Source of the DNA: the human T2T-CHM13v2.0 reference genome, Homo sapiens
DNA: 64,000 bases
Direction: 5' to 3' (one strand)
NCBI RefSeq assembly: GCF_009914755.1
Contig: NC_060936.1
The notes beneath the pieces are model-generated. The model saw only the letters and a program-made list of their open reading frames with translations, was not told the origin of the DNA and searched no databases. Made by a program: the position numbers and the translations under genes. This document shows, piece by piece, positions 27,336-42,180 of this stretch (its first letter is position 1; each line of letters starts with the position of its first letter).

Positions 27336-27738
27336 CATTCTGAGCTGAATTGTGTCTCCTCCTCCCTTGCAAATTTCTAAGCTCATTATTAACCCCTCAT
27401 ACCTTAACATGTGATTGTATTTGGAGATAGGGCCTTTAAAGGAGTAATTAAGGTTAAATAAGATCATCAGAATAGGCTTTAATCTAATACGACTGGTGTC
27501 CTTATAAGAAGAGGAGATTAGGATACAGACACATGCAAAGGGAAGACCACATAAAGATACAAATAGAAGAAGATGACCATCTACAAGCCAAGCAGAGAGG
27601 CTTCCAAAGAAACCACTTGTGGTGGCACCTTGACGCTAGACTTTTAGCCTCCAAAATTGTAAGAAGAGAAACCTTTGTTGTTTAAGCCACACAGTCTGTG
27701 GTATTAGTGATGGCCACCCTAGAAAAATAATAATATAC
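27336..27738 (+). mobile_element. MLT1B-like MaLR solo LTR
   Basis: CTGAATTGTGTC..GTATTTGGAGATAGGGCCTTTAAAG..TGTTGTTTAAGCCAC.CAGTCTGTGGTA. Confidence 0.85.
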
Positions 27739-28009
27739 CTACTCTAGCTGGAGTTGGAGCCTATGCCCAGATAAACCTGTAAGACTTGGCTGAGCAGGTC
27801 TGCCCCTGACTCCATCCCTCACTGCCTCTACACTCTTCATGGGGATCACTGCTTCAGTCCAGTGTTGTCTGGATTAACTTAATAATAAAGCTAAGAGTTT
27901 GGCCTCCATCTGTCTTTCTTTTTGTCTTATTTCTTATTTTGTTCAGTTTTTGGGTGAAGAAGTAGGGATACTTTTTACTGGATTCCTTGAAAACTCCAGA
28001 TTAGACTAT

Positions 28010-28430
28010 AGCAGTCAGAAGAAAAGTTATGGCGGTAGCAACTGCCAAATTTCAGTGGCTTAACAAGACAGCACCTGATTCCTTGCTCACATTCTGTTAT
28101 CAGTCTATCATGGTGAAACTTAGATTCTACCCATCCAACACAGCTCGGCAGGGAGACTCTGCTCTCCCCAGCCACTCAGTCCCTCAGAGGCAGCCTCATG
28201 ATGAGGATCCATGACCACTGTGGCGGCAGGAGCAGGAGATGGTTAATTGCACACTGGCTCTGAAGCCTCCCCCTAGAAATGACACGCATCACTTGCCATC
28301 GTATTTCATTGGCCAAGCAAGTTATATGATCACAGCTAGCATCAAAAAGGTAAGAAAGTGTCATCTTATTTTATGTCCAGAAGGAGGAGATCTGGGAATA
28401 CTTGTGAACAGCTCTAATGACCACCACATG
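28010..28430 (-). mobile_element. MLT1-type LTR (old)
   Basis: ATTTCAGTGGCTTAACAAGAC..TTTCATTGGCCAAGCAAGTTATATG. Confidence 0.6.
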
Positions 28431-28634
28431 AACTATAGTCTCTGCCTGAGACAGTGACAGCTTAGAGAAGGAGAATGAGTAATTGTACAAAGATTGTGAT
28501 TCTTATGTGAGGAAATTGCCCTATTTGTATGTGTGCTTGACCCACCTGAAGGTGCTCAGATAAGCAAGTTGCTCCCCTAAGGAGCGAGGCCTCAGGAATG
28601 ATGGCCCCTGCTCCTGCTCATTCAGTAAACAAAT

Positions 28635-28741
28635 TAATGGGTGCAGCACACCAACATGGCACATGTATACATATGTAACAAACCTGCACGTTGTGCACAT
28701 GTACCCTAAAACTTAAAGTATAATAATAATAAAATTAAAAA
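28635..28741 (+). mobile_element. Severely 5'-truncated L1PA 3' end (~107 bp) inserted in an L2 tail
   Basis: AATGGGTGCAGCACACCAACATGGCACATG..AAACTTAAAGTATAAT; TSD AAACAAAT at 28627-28634 and 28742-28749. Confidence 0.9.
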
Positions 28742-28794
28742 AAACAAATATTTGTTAAGCACCTGTGAATATGCCAGGCACTGTCTGAACCCTG

Positions 28795-28876
28795 CAGGGT
28801 GTGGGGCATCCCTGATCTCCCACCGCCTTAATGCCAGTAGAATTCCCCAATCATTGTGACAACAAAAATATCTCCA
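28795..28876. mobile_element. MER20-like hAT fragment (target of the full-length L1)
   Basis: GCATCCCTG..ATGCCAGTAG..TTGTGACAACAAAAATATCTCCA matches the recalled MER20 segment GTGACAACCAAAAATGTCTCCA. Confidence 0.7.
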
Positions 28877-29784
28877 GGGGGAGGAGCCAAGATGGCCGAA
28901 TAGGAACAGCTCTGGTCTACAGCTCCCAGCCTGAGTGACGCAGAAGACGGGTGATTTCTGCATTTCCATCTGAGGTACCGGGTTCATCTCACTAGGGAGT
29001 GCCAGACAGTGGGCGCAGGTCAGTGGGTGCGTGAGCCGAAGCAGGGCGAGGCATTGCCTCACTCGGGAAGCGCAAGGGGTCAGGGAGTTCCCTTTCCTAA
29101 TCAAAGAAAGGGGTGACGGACGGACGGCACCTGGAAAATCGGGAAAATCGGGTCACTCCCACCCGAATACTGCGCTTTTCCGACGGGCTTAAAAAACGGC
29201 GCACCACGAGATTATATCCCCCACCTGGCTCAGAGGGTCCTACCCCACGGAGTCTCGCTGATTGCTAGCACAGCAGTCTGAGATCAAACTGCAAGGCGGC
29301 AGCGAGGCTGGGGGAGGGGCGCCCGCCATTGCCCAGGCTTGCTTAGGTAAACAAAGCAGCCTGAAACCTCGAACTGGGTGGAGCCCACCACAGCTCAAGG
29401 AGGCCTGCCTGCCTCTGTAGGCTCCACCTCTGGGGGCAGGGCACAGACAAACAAAAAGACAGCAGTAACCCCTGCAGACTTAAATGTCCCTGTCTAACAG
29501 CTTTGAAGAGAGCAGTGGTTCTCCCAGTACGCAGCTGGAGATCTGAGAACGGGCAGACTGCCTCCTCAAGTGGGTCCCTGACCCCTGACCCCCGAGCAGC
29601 CTAACTGGGAGGCACCCTCCAACACGGGCACACTGACACCTCACACTGCAGGGTACTCCAACAGACCTGCAGCTGAGGGTCCTGTCTGTTAGAAGGAAAA
29701 CTAACAAACAGAACGGACATCCACACCAAAAACCCATCTGTACATCACCATCATCAAAGACCAAAAGTAGATAAAACCACAAAG
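28877..29784 (+). promoter_or_regulatory. L1 5'UTR internal sense and antisense promoter region, CpG-rich, YY1 site at 28889-28898
   Basis: AAGATGGCCG YY1 motif; many retained CpGs; ~900-bp UTR length of the young short-UTR type. Confidence 0.85.
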
Positions 29785-30800
29785 ATGGGGAAAAAGCAGA
29801 ACAGAAAAACTGGAAACTCTAAAAATCAGAGCGCCTCTCCTCCTCCAAAGGAACGCAGCTCCTCACCAGCAACGGAACAAAGCTGGACAGAGAATGACTT
29901 TGACGAGCTGAGAGAAGAAGGCTTCAGACGATCAAATTACTCTGAGCTATGGGAGGACATTCAAACCAAAGGCAAAGAAGTTGAAAACTTTGAAAAAAAT
30001 TTAGCAGAATGTATAACTAGAATAACCAATACAGAGAAGTGCTTAAAGGAGCTGATGGAGCTGAAAACCAAGGCTCGAGAACTACGTGAAGAATGCAGAA
30101 GCCTCAGGAGCCGATGTGATCAACTGGAAGAAAGGGTATCAGTGATGGAAGATGAAATGAATGAAATGAAGCGAGAAGGAAAGTTTAGAGAAAAAAGAAT
30201 AAAAAGAAACGAGCAAAGCCTCCAAGAAACATGGGACTATGTGAAAAGACCAAATCTACGTCTGACTGGTGTACCTGAAAGTGATGGGGAGAATGGAACC
30301 AAGTTGGAAAACACCCTGCAGGATATTATCCAGGAGAACTTCCCCAATCTAGCAAGGCAGGCCAACGTTCAGATTCAGGAAATACAGAGAACGCCACAAA
30401 GATACTCCTCGAGAAGAGCAACTCCAAGACACATAATTGTCAGATTCACCAAAGTTGAAATGAAGGAAAAAATGTTAAGGGCAGCCAGAGAGAAAGGTCG
30501 GGTTACCCTCAAAGGGAAGCCCATCAGACTAACAGCGGATCTCTCGGCAGAAACCCTACAAGCCAGAAGAGAGTGGGGGCCAATATTCAACATTCTTAAA
30601 GAAAAGAATTTTCAACCCAGAATTTCATATCCAGCCAAACTAAGCTTCATAAGTGAAGGAGAAATAAAATACTTTACAGACAAGCAAATGCTGAGAGATT
30701 TTGTCACCACCAGGCCTGCCCTAAAGAGCTCCTGAAGGAAGCGCTAAACATGGAAAGGAACAACTGGTACCAGCCACTGCAAAATCATGCCAAAATGTAA
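29785..30800 (+). pseudogene. L1 ORF1p (RNA-binding chaperone), frameshifted near the C-terminus
   Basis: MGKKQNRKTGNSK..REKG..ARREW..YPAKLS; CTAAAGAGC lacks one A (~30723-30725), giving a stop at 30735 instead of the native TAA at 30798-30800. Confidence 0.95.
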
Positions 30801-30863
30801 AGACCATCGAGACTAGGAAGAAACTGCATCAACTAACGAGCAAAATCACCAGCTAACATCATA

Positions 30864-34692
<3,829 letters not shown>

Positions 34693-34937
34693 ACAATGAG
34701 ATCACATGGACACAGGAAGGGGAACATCACACTCTGGGGACTGTTGTGGGGTGGGGGGAGGGGGGAGGGATAGCATTGGGAGATATACCTAATGCTAGAT
34801 GACGAGTTAGTGGGTACAGCACACCAGCATGGCACATGTATACGTATGTAACTAACCTGCACAATGTGCACATGTACCCTAAAACTTAAAGTATAATAAT
34901 AAAAAATAAATAAATAAATAAATAAAAAGAAAAAAAA

Positions 34938-35483
34938 TCCAATATCACAAAGAAAAAGCAAGTAGAAGGCGTATGATTAAAATAGATTAAAGATACATAA
35001 TTTAAAGCAATGCATAAATTTTTATTGCTTTCTGGTTTTGAAAGATAGCAATATGACATTTGGAGAAAATGGGGAGGATTTGAATATGACTTGAATGATA
35101 GATGATATTAAGAAATTATTGTCAATTTTTTTAGAAGTTAGAGGGATATTGTTGCTATATGTGTAAATGTCCTTATTCTAGGACCTGTATTCTAAAGTTT
35201 TTAGGAGTGAAGTAGCATGCTGTCTCTAACTTATTTAAACAGTTCAAATATATATATATATATTTAAATTTGTGTCTGTACATGTGTAGAGAAAAGAGAG
35301 ATGGTATATTTGGGAAAATGTTAATAGATGTTGATAAGATTTGTGAATTTATCTTCACTGTATTTTTTTAATTTTTCTGTTTGTAATTTTTCATGACAGT
35401 GAGAGAAATTTCTACTTTTGTAAAAGACTGATTGCAGCATTAAAGATTGTGTAGTTTTTTTATTTCAAAAAATATATATATAT
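34938..35483 (+). mobile_element. Putative L1 3'-transduced segment (old L1M-like sequence) with second poly(A) signal and tail
   Basis: ATTAAA at 35439-35444; A6(TA)n from 35467; ATATCTCCA at 35484-35492 matches 28868-28876. Confidence 0.7.
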
Positions 35484-35810
35484 ATATCTCCAAAGATTTT
35501 CAGTCTAAAATCGGGTAGAATTATGGCAGAAATATATGTTTTTGTTGTTGACATTTCATTTTTCATGATAGGAAAAAACATGCTATTTTTTTTGGGAGGG
35601 GCAGGGAGAAACATTCATTTTATAGCAAGTTAGGTGGGAAAAAGCACCTGGGGACAAAGGAAAAGCAATAGGTTTCCACCTTGATGATCCAAAAGTGAGT
35701 TATGAAGGCTCATAGAATGATCATCATCAGAATTGTTAGGAACCTCAGAAAAATAAGTCCAAATCCCTTATTTTTTAGGCAAACAACAGGGACCTGATGA
35801 TTGCAGAGAC

Positions 35811-36150
35811 TATTTTTTCATTTTTATTTTTATGGGCACATAGTAGGCATGTATATTTTTGGGACACATGAGATATTTTAATACAGGCATACAATGCATG
35901 ATAATCACATCAGTGTAAATGGGTATCCATCACCGAAAACCTTTATCATTTCATTCCAATTATTCTCTTTTAGTTATTTTAAAAATGTATGATAAATTAT
36001 TGTTGACTGTAGTCACCCTGTTATACTATCAGATGCAAAATCTTATTTATTTTATCTAACTATATTTTTGTACCCATTAATCATCCCTCTCATTTCCCCA
36101 CCACCACCCCGACTACCCTTCCTGGCCTCTGGTAACCATCATTCTACTCT
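35811..36150 (-). mobile_element. L1MA-type 3' fragment
   Basis: ACATAGTAGG..TACAGGCATACAATG..GTAGTCACCCTGTT; TSD TT(G/A)CAGAGAC at 35801-35810 and 36151-36160. Confidence 0.88.
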
Positions 36151-36243
36151 TTACAGAGACGTTTTAAAAATTTAATCAGGACTTCAGGTAGAGAAAGAAA
36201 AGGCACCTTTCCCCTTCTTCACTGTGCAAATCACAACATCCTC

Positions 36244-36605
36244 TGTTTTAAGCAGCTCTGGCTACTATAGCAAAATACCATAGACTGAGTGGCTTATTAA
36301 AAAAACCAGAAATTTATTTCTCACTGTCGTGGAGGCTGGAAGTCCAAGACCAAGGTGCCAGCATGGTTGAGTTCTGGTGAGAGCCCTCTTCTTGGTTGCA
36401 AAAGGGTACTTCTGTGTCCTCACATGGTGGAAAGAAGGCAAGACAATTAGTTCTCTGGGGCCTCTTTTGTAAGGGCACGAATACCATTCATGAAGGATCC
36501 TTATGACCTAATCAACTCGCAAAGGCTCAGCCTAATACCATCACATTGGGGGTTTGGATTTAAACATATGAATTTCGGGAGAACACAAACATTCCTTCCA
36601 TTGCA
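36244..36605 (-). mobile_element. MLT1A0-like MaLR solo LTR
   Basis: AAAATACCATAGACTG..GGAGGCTGGAAGTCCAAG..ACACAAACATTC; TSD TCCTC on both sides. Confidence 0.9.
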
Positions 36606-37731
36606 TCCTCCTTCCAACACTGACTCCCACAACTCATACTGCACCTACTACTAAATCCACTACTTTGAATTTGGATGGGTGCTGGCAGGAGGGACTGAGG
36701 GGGATCGGAGCGCTAAAAGGGGGCATAAGGGAGAGGGAAGCTGAGACAGTCAGTACTTGCAGAACAGGTGCTTCTCTTTTAGATGTGGAAATTCAAGCCA
36801 CTGAAAAAAAATTTAGAAGAGACCTGTGGAACAGTGGACTTCTGGGCTGACCCAAGCACAGACTGTACACATCAGACAATTTGGAAAGCACCTGGCAGTC
36901 ACTGTGGAGAAGGATCTCTGATGTAAATATTAAGCAGTAGCATTATTACTGTTTATATTTATAGCATAGTTTCTAAAACCAGCAGCCAAAGAGTTCAGCG
37001 GAACTATTTGAGAATGAAGGCAGGAAATCAACTTGTAAGCATCATCAAAACTTTGTCAGTTTCCTCTTCCTCTTTTAGGCTGACAACATGGTTTTTGAAA
37101 GGATGAGAAAGCACTTAGAGCGGTTAGGTACTCCAGATGTTAGATCACCTGCTCCAAGATTTCAGCTGAGACTTGCAAATTTGTTTCATCTAAATTTCTT
37201 AAGCTAGTTTCAAGCCTTGGTCCCTGAGGCAGAATTGAAGACTATAAAAATAACCCCCGGTACAACTCCCAGGCTGGAAGACAGATGCTGCAGGCAGAAG
37301 TGATTTCCATAGTTAGAACTGCTTCTACTTTGGGGCTGCCCCAGAATTTCCGGAAATGATTAAGGAGATCTGAGGGACCACAGAGATCAGCAGGAGCAGT
37401 TTTTTTTCATTTCCCTGAAGTATGTTTTGGGTATGTTGGTGGATGATGGGAAGGGTTTGTGGGACAGTTGCCAATGGCACCAGGAAGCAAGGAGCCAGCT
37501 CCCAAGTCAGTGCTGCCTGGTGTGAGAATACCCCATGGCTCCCTTCTGCATGGACAGGCCTGGGGTTGAGTGTACCGGTGACTGGGAAACACCACAACTC
37601 CCTCTGCCCCGCTCTGCGAGCAGTCACACACTTGCAGCTCAGGAAAGAACTCCAGTAGGTGTTTTCATCTTCCTTGGAGCAATGAGTGTTCATGTCCCAT
37701 GCGCAGCTGTAATCTACAAGCATGTCAAGTG

Positions 37732-37733
<2 letters not shown>

Positions 37734-37773
<40 letters not shown>
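37734..37773. repeat. (TG)n microsatellite, ~20 units
   Basis: Direct read. Confidence 0.95.
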
Positions 37774-37774
<1 letters not shown>

Positions 37775-40700
37775 ATGGGAGAGATAGCTCATGTCATCTG
37801 AGGACACTTTGTTCCAACTTTGGCCTTACTTTGTTCTTGTGTCAAAATGTATGGTCTAAGACCCCAAAACACCACCTGGTGAAGATTTATCCCCTAACCT
37901 TAGGGACCTTCTGTACAGTAGCACATCAGTAATTTGCAGAAAATATTGTGAGCCCTTGATCCAAAGGGAGCAGAAGTCCGACTCCTTCCTTGTCACCTAT
38001 CCTCTCTCTCTCCTCCAGTAGCTTGCTGCCGGTCCACTGATGATGCTCACCTGCAGGACTCAGCCCACCCAATTTCTACCTGGATCTTGTACTGGGGTGT
38101 GGGTGCCCCCCGCAGGATTGCTTCCCCCAGGGGTCTGTGCTGAGGTACAAGATCACCAGACTTACCTAGGGCAAATGAAAGAAGTACAGCCAGGCAGGAT
38201 CTGAACTGTATTGACCAGGGAAGTGAAAGTCAAAACTGTAGAGGTGGTTCCAAGCATCAAGTTTGGTGAAGGATGAGGTGAGATGTCAACAGCAAGATGC
38301 ATCAGCAGAGCAGAAGGAAGAAGGAAGCAGAACCCAAGGCAGCTTGAGGCAAGTTGACCAGAAGAGAGGATATGAAATGGATGGACGTGTCAGAGGTCCA
38401 TTTCTACTTGACGGAGACAAATCCTCAAGGAGGTAGGAGGGAGCGGGTGGTTGGTAAACCAATTCCTTCCATAAGCAGCTGCATCAACAGCTTCCATCTT
38501 GCCCCTTGTTGGGTTTGGAGTTGAATCAGGCTCCCAGTCCCAGAACTCGGGGGCATGACTGTGGACTGTTTCAGCTCCCATGAAGACCCTTGGACTCTCC
38601 TGGCTGCCAAGTAGATCCAGGACTTTTCTACTGGAAGCAAGCTCTGATATTCAAATCTTAGCTCTCCCAGTGCCTAAGTGGACCCAGGCCATACGATGGT
38701 CTTCTGTCTAAACATCCCCTCTAATTCTGAGCCTTTGTGCTTAGTGTCCAGCAACTCCAGCCAGCCTCAACAGGGCCCTCCTGTGATATCGACTTCCCCA
38801 TTCCCTGGGGACTGGATTCTGCATTTGATGACCTGACTTCTGGGACGTGTCTTTCTGTATAATTTCAGGTTGAGAGTCTTTGGCTCTATCTCAATGACTC
38901 CTGAGTAAATGGCAAGAATTTCCTGCAACTGTTCCTCACTCTTCTGTTGGGCAGCTTCCAGAATGGGATAAAATCATTATATAGTCATCTACAAGGCCTG
39001 AGTATCCTCTCTGGCTGGCTTTTAATTAGTAACCCCACCCATGCTGGATTTATTGAGTAGATTTTTCCCCATTCTCCTCCATCTGCATGTTGTTGAAAGT
39101 TTAGGATGCCTTGGGCCCAAGCCCATCCAGGTGAAGTAATTTATAGCCTACTTTCATCTACTTCTTTTTGTAAGCACAGGCTCCAAGCCTCCTGAGAGCT
39201 ATATGTTTTTAATATTTCATGGATAGTAGAATGAGTAAAGTTCTAGCTGTCTGGGGTTTCTTCTTTGTGAAATCCAGCTATCCCAGTTGTAGACTGTGGA
39301 GAGAGTATCAAGTTAGATTAAATTTTAAGCAGTATCCACATGCTAGCACCTGGAGAGTTTGCCAGTAACTACAACTGAGAGAGTCATACAAGGAGAACTT
39401 CCCAGCAGCTACTCTCTGCCTTAAAATGTAGAGCCATCCTAGAGGATTCATTATTTTACCTCCTTACTCAACGAGTCATTTCACAGGGCTCAGGAATCTA
39501 TAGGAGGGTTAACATTCACTCCCTAAATCCAAAGAGCCCTATGGGAATCTCAAAAAGGGAAAATAGTCCATGGAATAAGGCAGGTATGTATCTGCTTCTG
39601 GCCTGCGTGTGTGGAGGATGACAGTAGGCCCTGAATTTACCTTTCTGTGATGGACACCCCTTAGGTTCTTATGGTTCATAAATCCATACAATCTACTGTG
39701 GAAGAGTTTGAGGAATGGGTTGATGGAATAACTCCGACTGTAAACTTGCCTCTCTCTCTGCTCACTCAATTACGTAGAAATAGGCTATCAGCCAACCTCA
39801 ACTGTTCAGAATATGACCCCAAACCAGAGACTACCACAAAGATAGATGTACAATCACTTTATAGGTAGGGATTCCAATTCTTCAGTGAGTTTATTGTTTT
39901 TCTTTCCAGAATAGGTAAGAATCTTTTTTTTATTTATTTCATCTAGAGACACATCTACCATATTGCCCAAAGCACAACTGGCAGGAAACAGAGATTTTTC
40001 TGGATGATACTAGCAGAATTAAAATGCTTCTTTTGGTAATGTCCACCTATTAAAAAATGTCAGTAGCCCACTCACTGGAGCCATCTAGAAAAAGTTGTCC
40101 CCTTCCACAGAATAGCCTTTGCTTTTTAAAAGTAATGCTTTTTTTTTTTTTTTTCTGTTTACAGACATTGTAATTTCCTTTGAAATATTGGAAAGCAGCA
40201 ATCATGTGGACTGTAGAGTAAGACGGGCCAGGATGGAATCCCAGTCAGGCTTCTCTGTGACCTAGAGCTCCTGCAGCCCATTAACCTTCCTTTAATTTTC
40301 TTTAACACTGGGATAACAACCAGAAAGCCATAGAGCTATTGAGAGGAGCTAACACAGGTAATCTGGCTCTAGGAAGACTCAAGGATTACTTGTGGAATTT
40401 AAACAAAGTGAACCAGATCTTAATCCCAGTGTATTTTAATTCCAAGTTTGGTTTGTTTCTCCCTGATGAGTTACCACCAACCCCAATGAGATTGACAGAA
40501 AATGCTCTTTGGTTACTTATTCTTCCAAATATCCTTTCCTTCTCTTTAAAAAATATAATAACACATCTGGGATGTATTATATGGTGGTATATATTTCAGT
40601 CTATGTTTCTGCTAATGCCTTAGTAAATAGAAAACGCATGAATGTTGACTGCTCAAATACAGTAGCCGCTAGTCAGCCTCAAGTGAGGCTGAATATGAAG

Positions 40701-40869
40701 TTAAACATTGCAAGAGTAAAAATAAGTGGGTCTATCAAAAGTGGAACACTATCCCCAGTAGTATCTGAATCACTTTTTATAATTAAGATAATGCTCTTAA
40801 CCTCCTCCTACTGCTTAGAATAAAGAAAGTTATAAAAGTCTATGATGTTCTTATTTATATCAAAGGAGA

Positions 40870-41340
40870 GTGTATCAGTTAGCAACACTTCTGGATGTTA
40901 ATATCAGTACATTTAACTGACAGTGGATTAAACCAACAGAAGAGTATTTTGTTATTGTTTTCATATTTTCTTAAACAGAAACCTTAGTCGAGGGCCAGCA
41001 TCTCTGTGATTTTCTTGGTTTTCCCTCATGGTTGTAGAAAGCTGCCCTGGAACCAGACATCAAGTTCAAATCCAGCTGAAGAGCCAGGAGTAAAGAGACA
41101 GGACCAGCCACGTGCCACATTTTTTTTGTCAGAAAAGCCAGACTCTTCCCAGAAACACCGAACGGAGAGAAACACTAAACATCTCATGGCCAGAGCTGTG
41201 TAACAGGGCCACCCCTATCTGCAAGGGAGACTAGAAAATTGAGGTTTTATCTATTCCAGCCTCTGTAGTGGGGAAAGACAAGACAGAAAGGGGTGGGCAT
41301 GGGTGTTGGGTTAGCCAATCTCTAATATCTTCCATCATGA
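40870..41340 (-). mobile_element. MLT1J/K-like LTR
   Basis: TGTATCAGTTAG..CCTCATGGTTGTAGA..CATGGCCAGAGCTGTGT..ATCTGCAAGGGAGACTAG. Confidence 0.55.
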
Positions 41341-42097
41341 GTCTTATAAAAGCCTTTGAAGGCTGAAGCCTATTGCAAATCTCCCTAAACTAACTCTGAA
41401 AAACAACAAAGGCATCATGCTATGGAGGAAAGAAGGAGAACTTTGGAATAGACTCACAAAAGTTTAGATCCTGGCTCAGTCACATACTGAGTTCAATAGC
41501 CTTCTCTTTGAACCTCTACTCCCTCACCTGTAATAATCTTGCCTCATAGGGTTATTGTGAAGATGAAAGAATGTGAAAGCACTCTTTTTAATGCTGATTA
41601 TCCCTCTACCCATGTATATTAGTATAGCAAAGATAATGGTGGAGGGTAGTGGTAGTGATGGCAGGGGGTGTCATTCTTCTAGGTACCTAGGCTTTCAGAC
41701 AATGTTCCAAGAAAGTCACAGGAAATAAATAAGTCGAGGAGTAGTGAAAATTCCAGTTCTGTCCTGTCCAGAAAAGCCAGGCCCACCAGTCCATGATAAC
41801 CTGGACTTCTCTCCTTTGGTCCTTCTTTCATGTAGGTCATTATTTCACAGCCAGCCACACACAACCTCACTGAGTCTCACTCACCTTTGAATCTCCAGCA
41901 CGTGGTGCACAGTGGTAGATTCTCAGGGAATGTTTAATGCACAGGTGAATCCCCCAGAAGGGCAGATTAATTGGAAAAAAACGAAGGAAGTTGGAATTCA
42001 ACCAAATATATTTAATAAAGACAAAGTTGTTTGGGGAATTATCCAGCAGCTATTTAATAATAACTAGATAAAGAATTCTAAGAGGAATATTTTAAGG

Positions 42098-42180
42098 AAT
42101 TTCAGAAGATCTAAAAAGTATGCTTCCACTGCATACTTCCCACATGCAGTGGAAGCATACTTTTTAGATCTTCTGAAATT
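42098..42180. repeat. Perfect inverted repeat, 37-bp arms, 9-nt loop
   Basis: AATTTCAGAAGATCTAAAAAGTATGCTTCCACTGCAT-acttcccac-ATGCAGTGGAAGCATACTTTTTAGATCTTCTGAAATT. Confidence 0.97.

Noticed and set aside
28635-28876. Short L1 3' end as part of a tandem with the full-length L1
   Set aside because: It has its own TSD (AAACAAAT) and older diagnostics (TTAATGGG, CCAACATG, ACAAACC), so it is an independent insertion.
29240-29329. L1 antisense ORF0
   Set aside because: The ATG is present at 29329 (minus strand), but a 1-bp deletion gives TAG after 29 codons.
28706-29782. 132-aa and 100-aa minus-strand ORFs
   Set aside because: Generic antisense frames of the L1 5'UTR; no independent evidence of coding.
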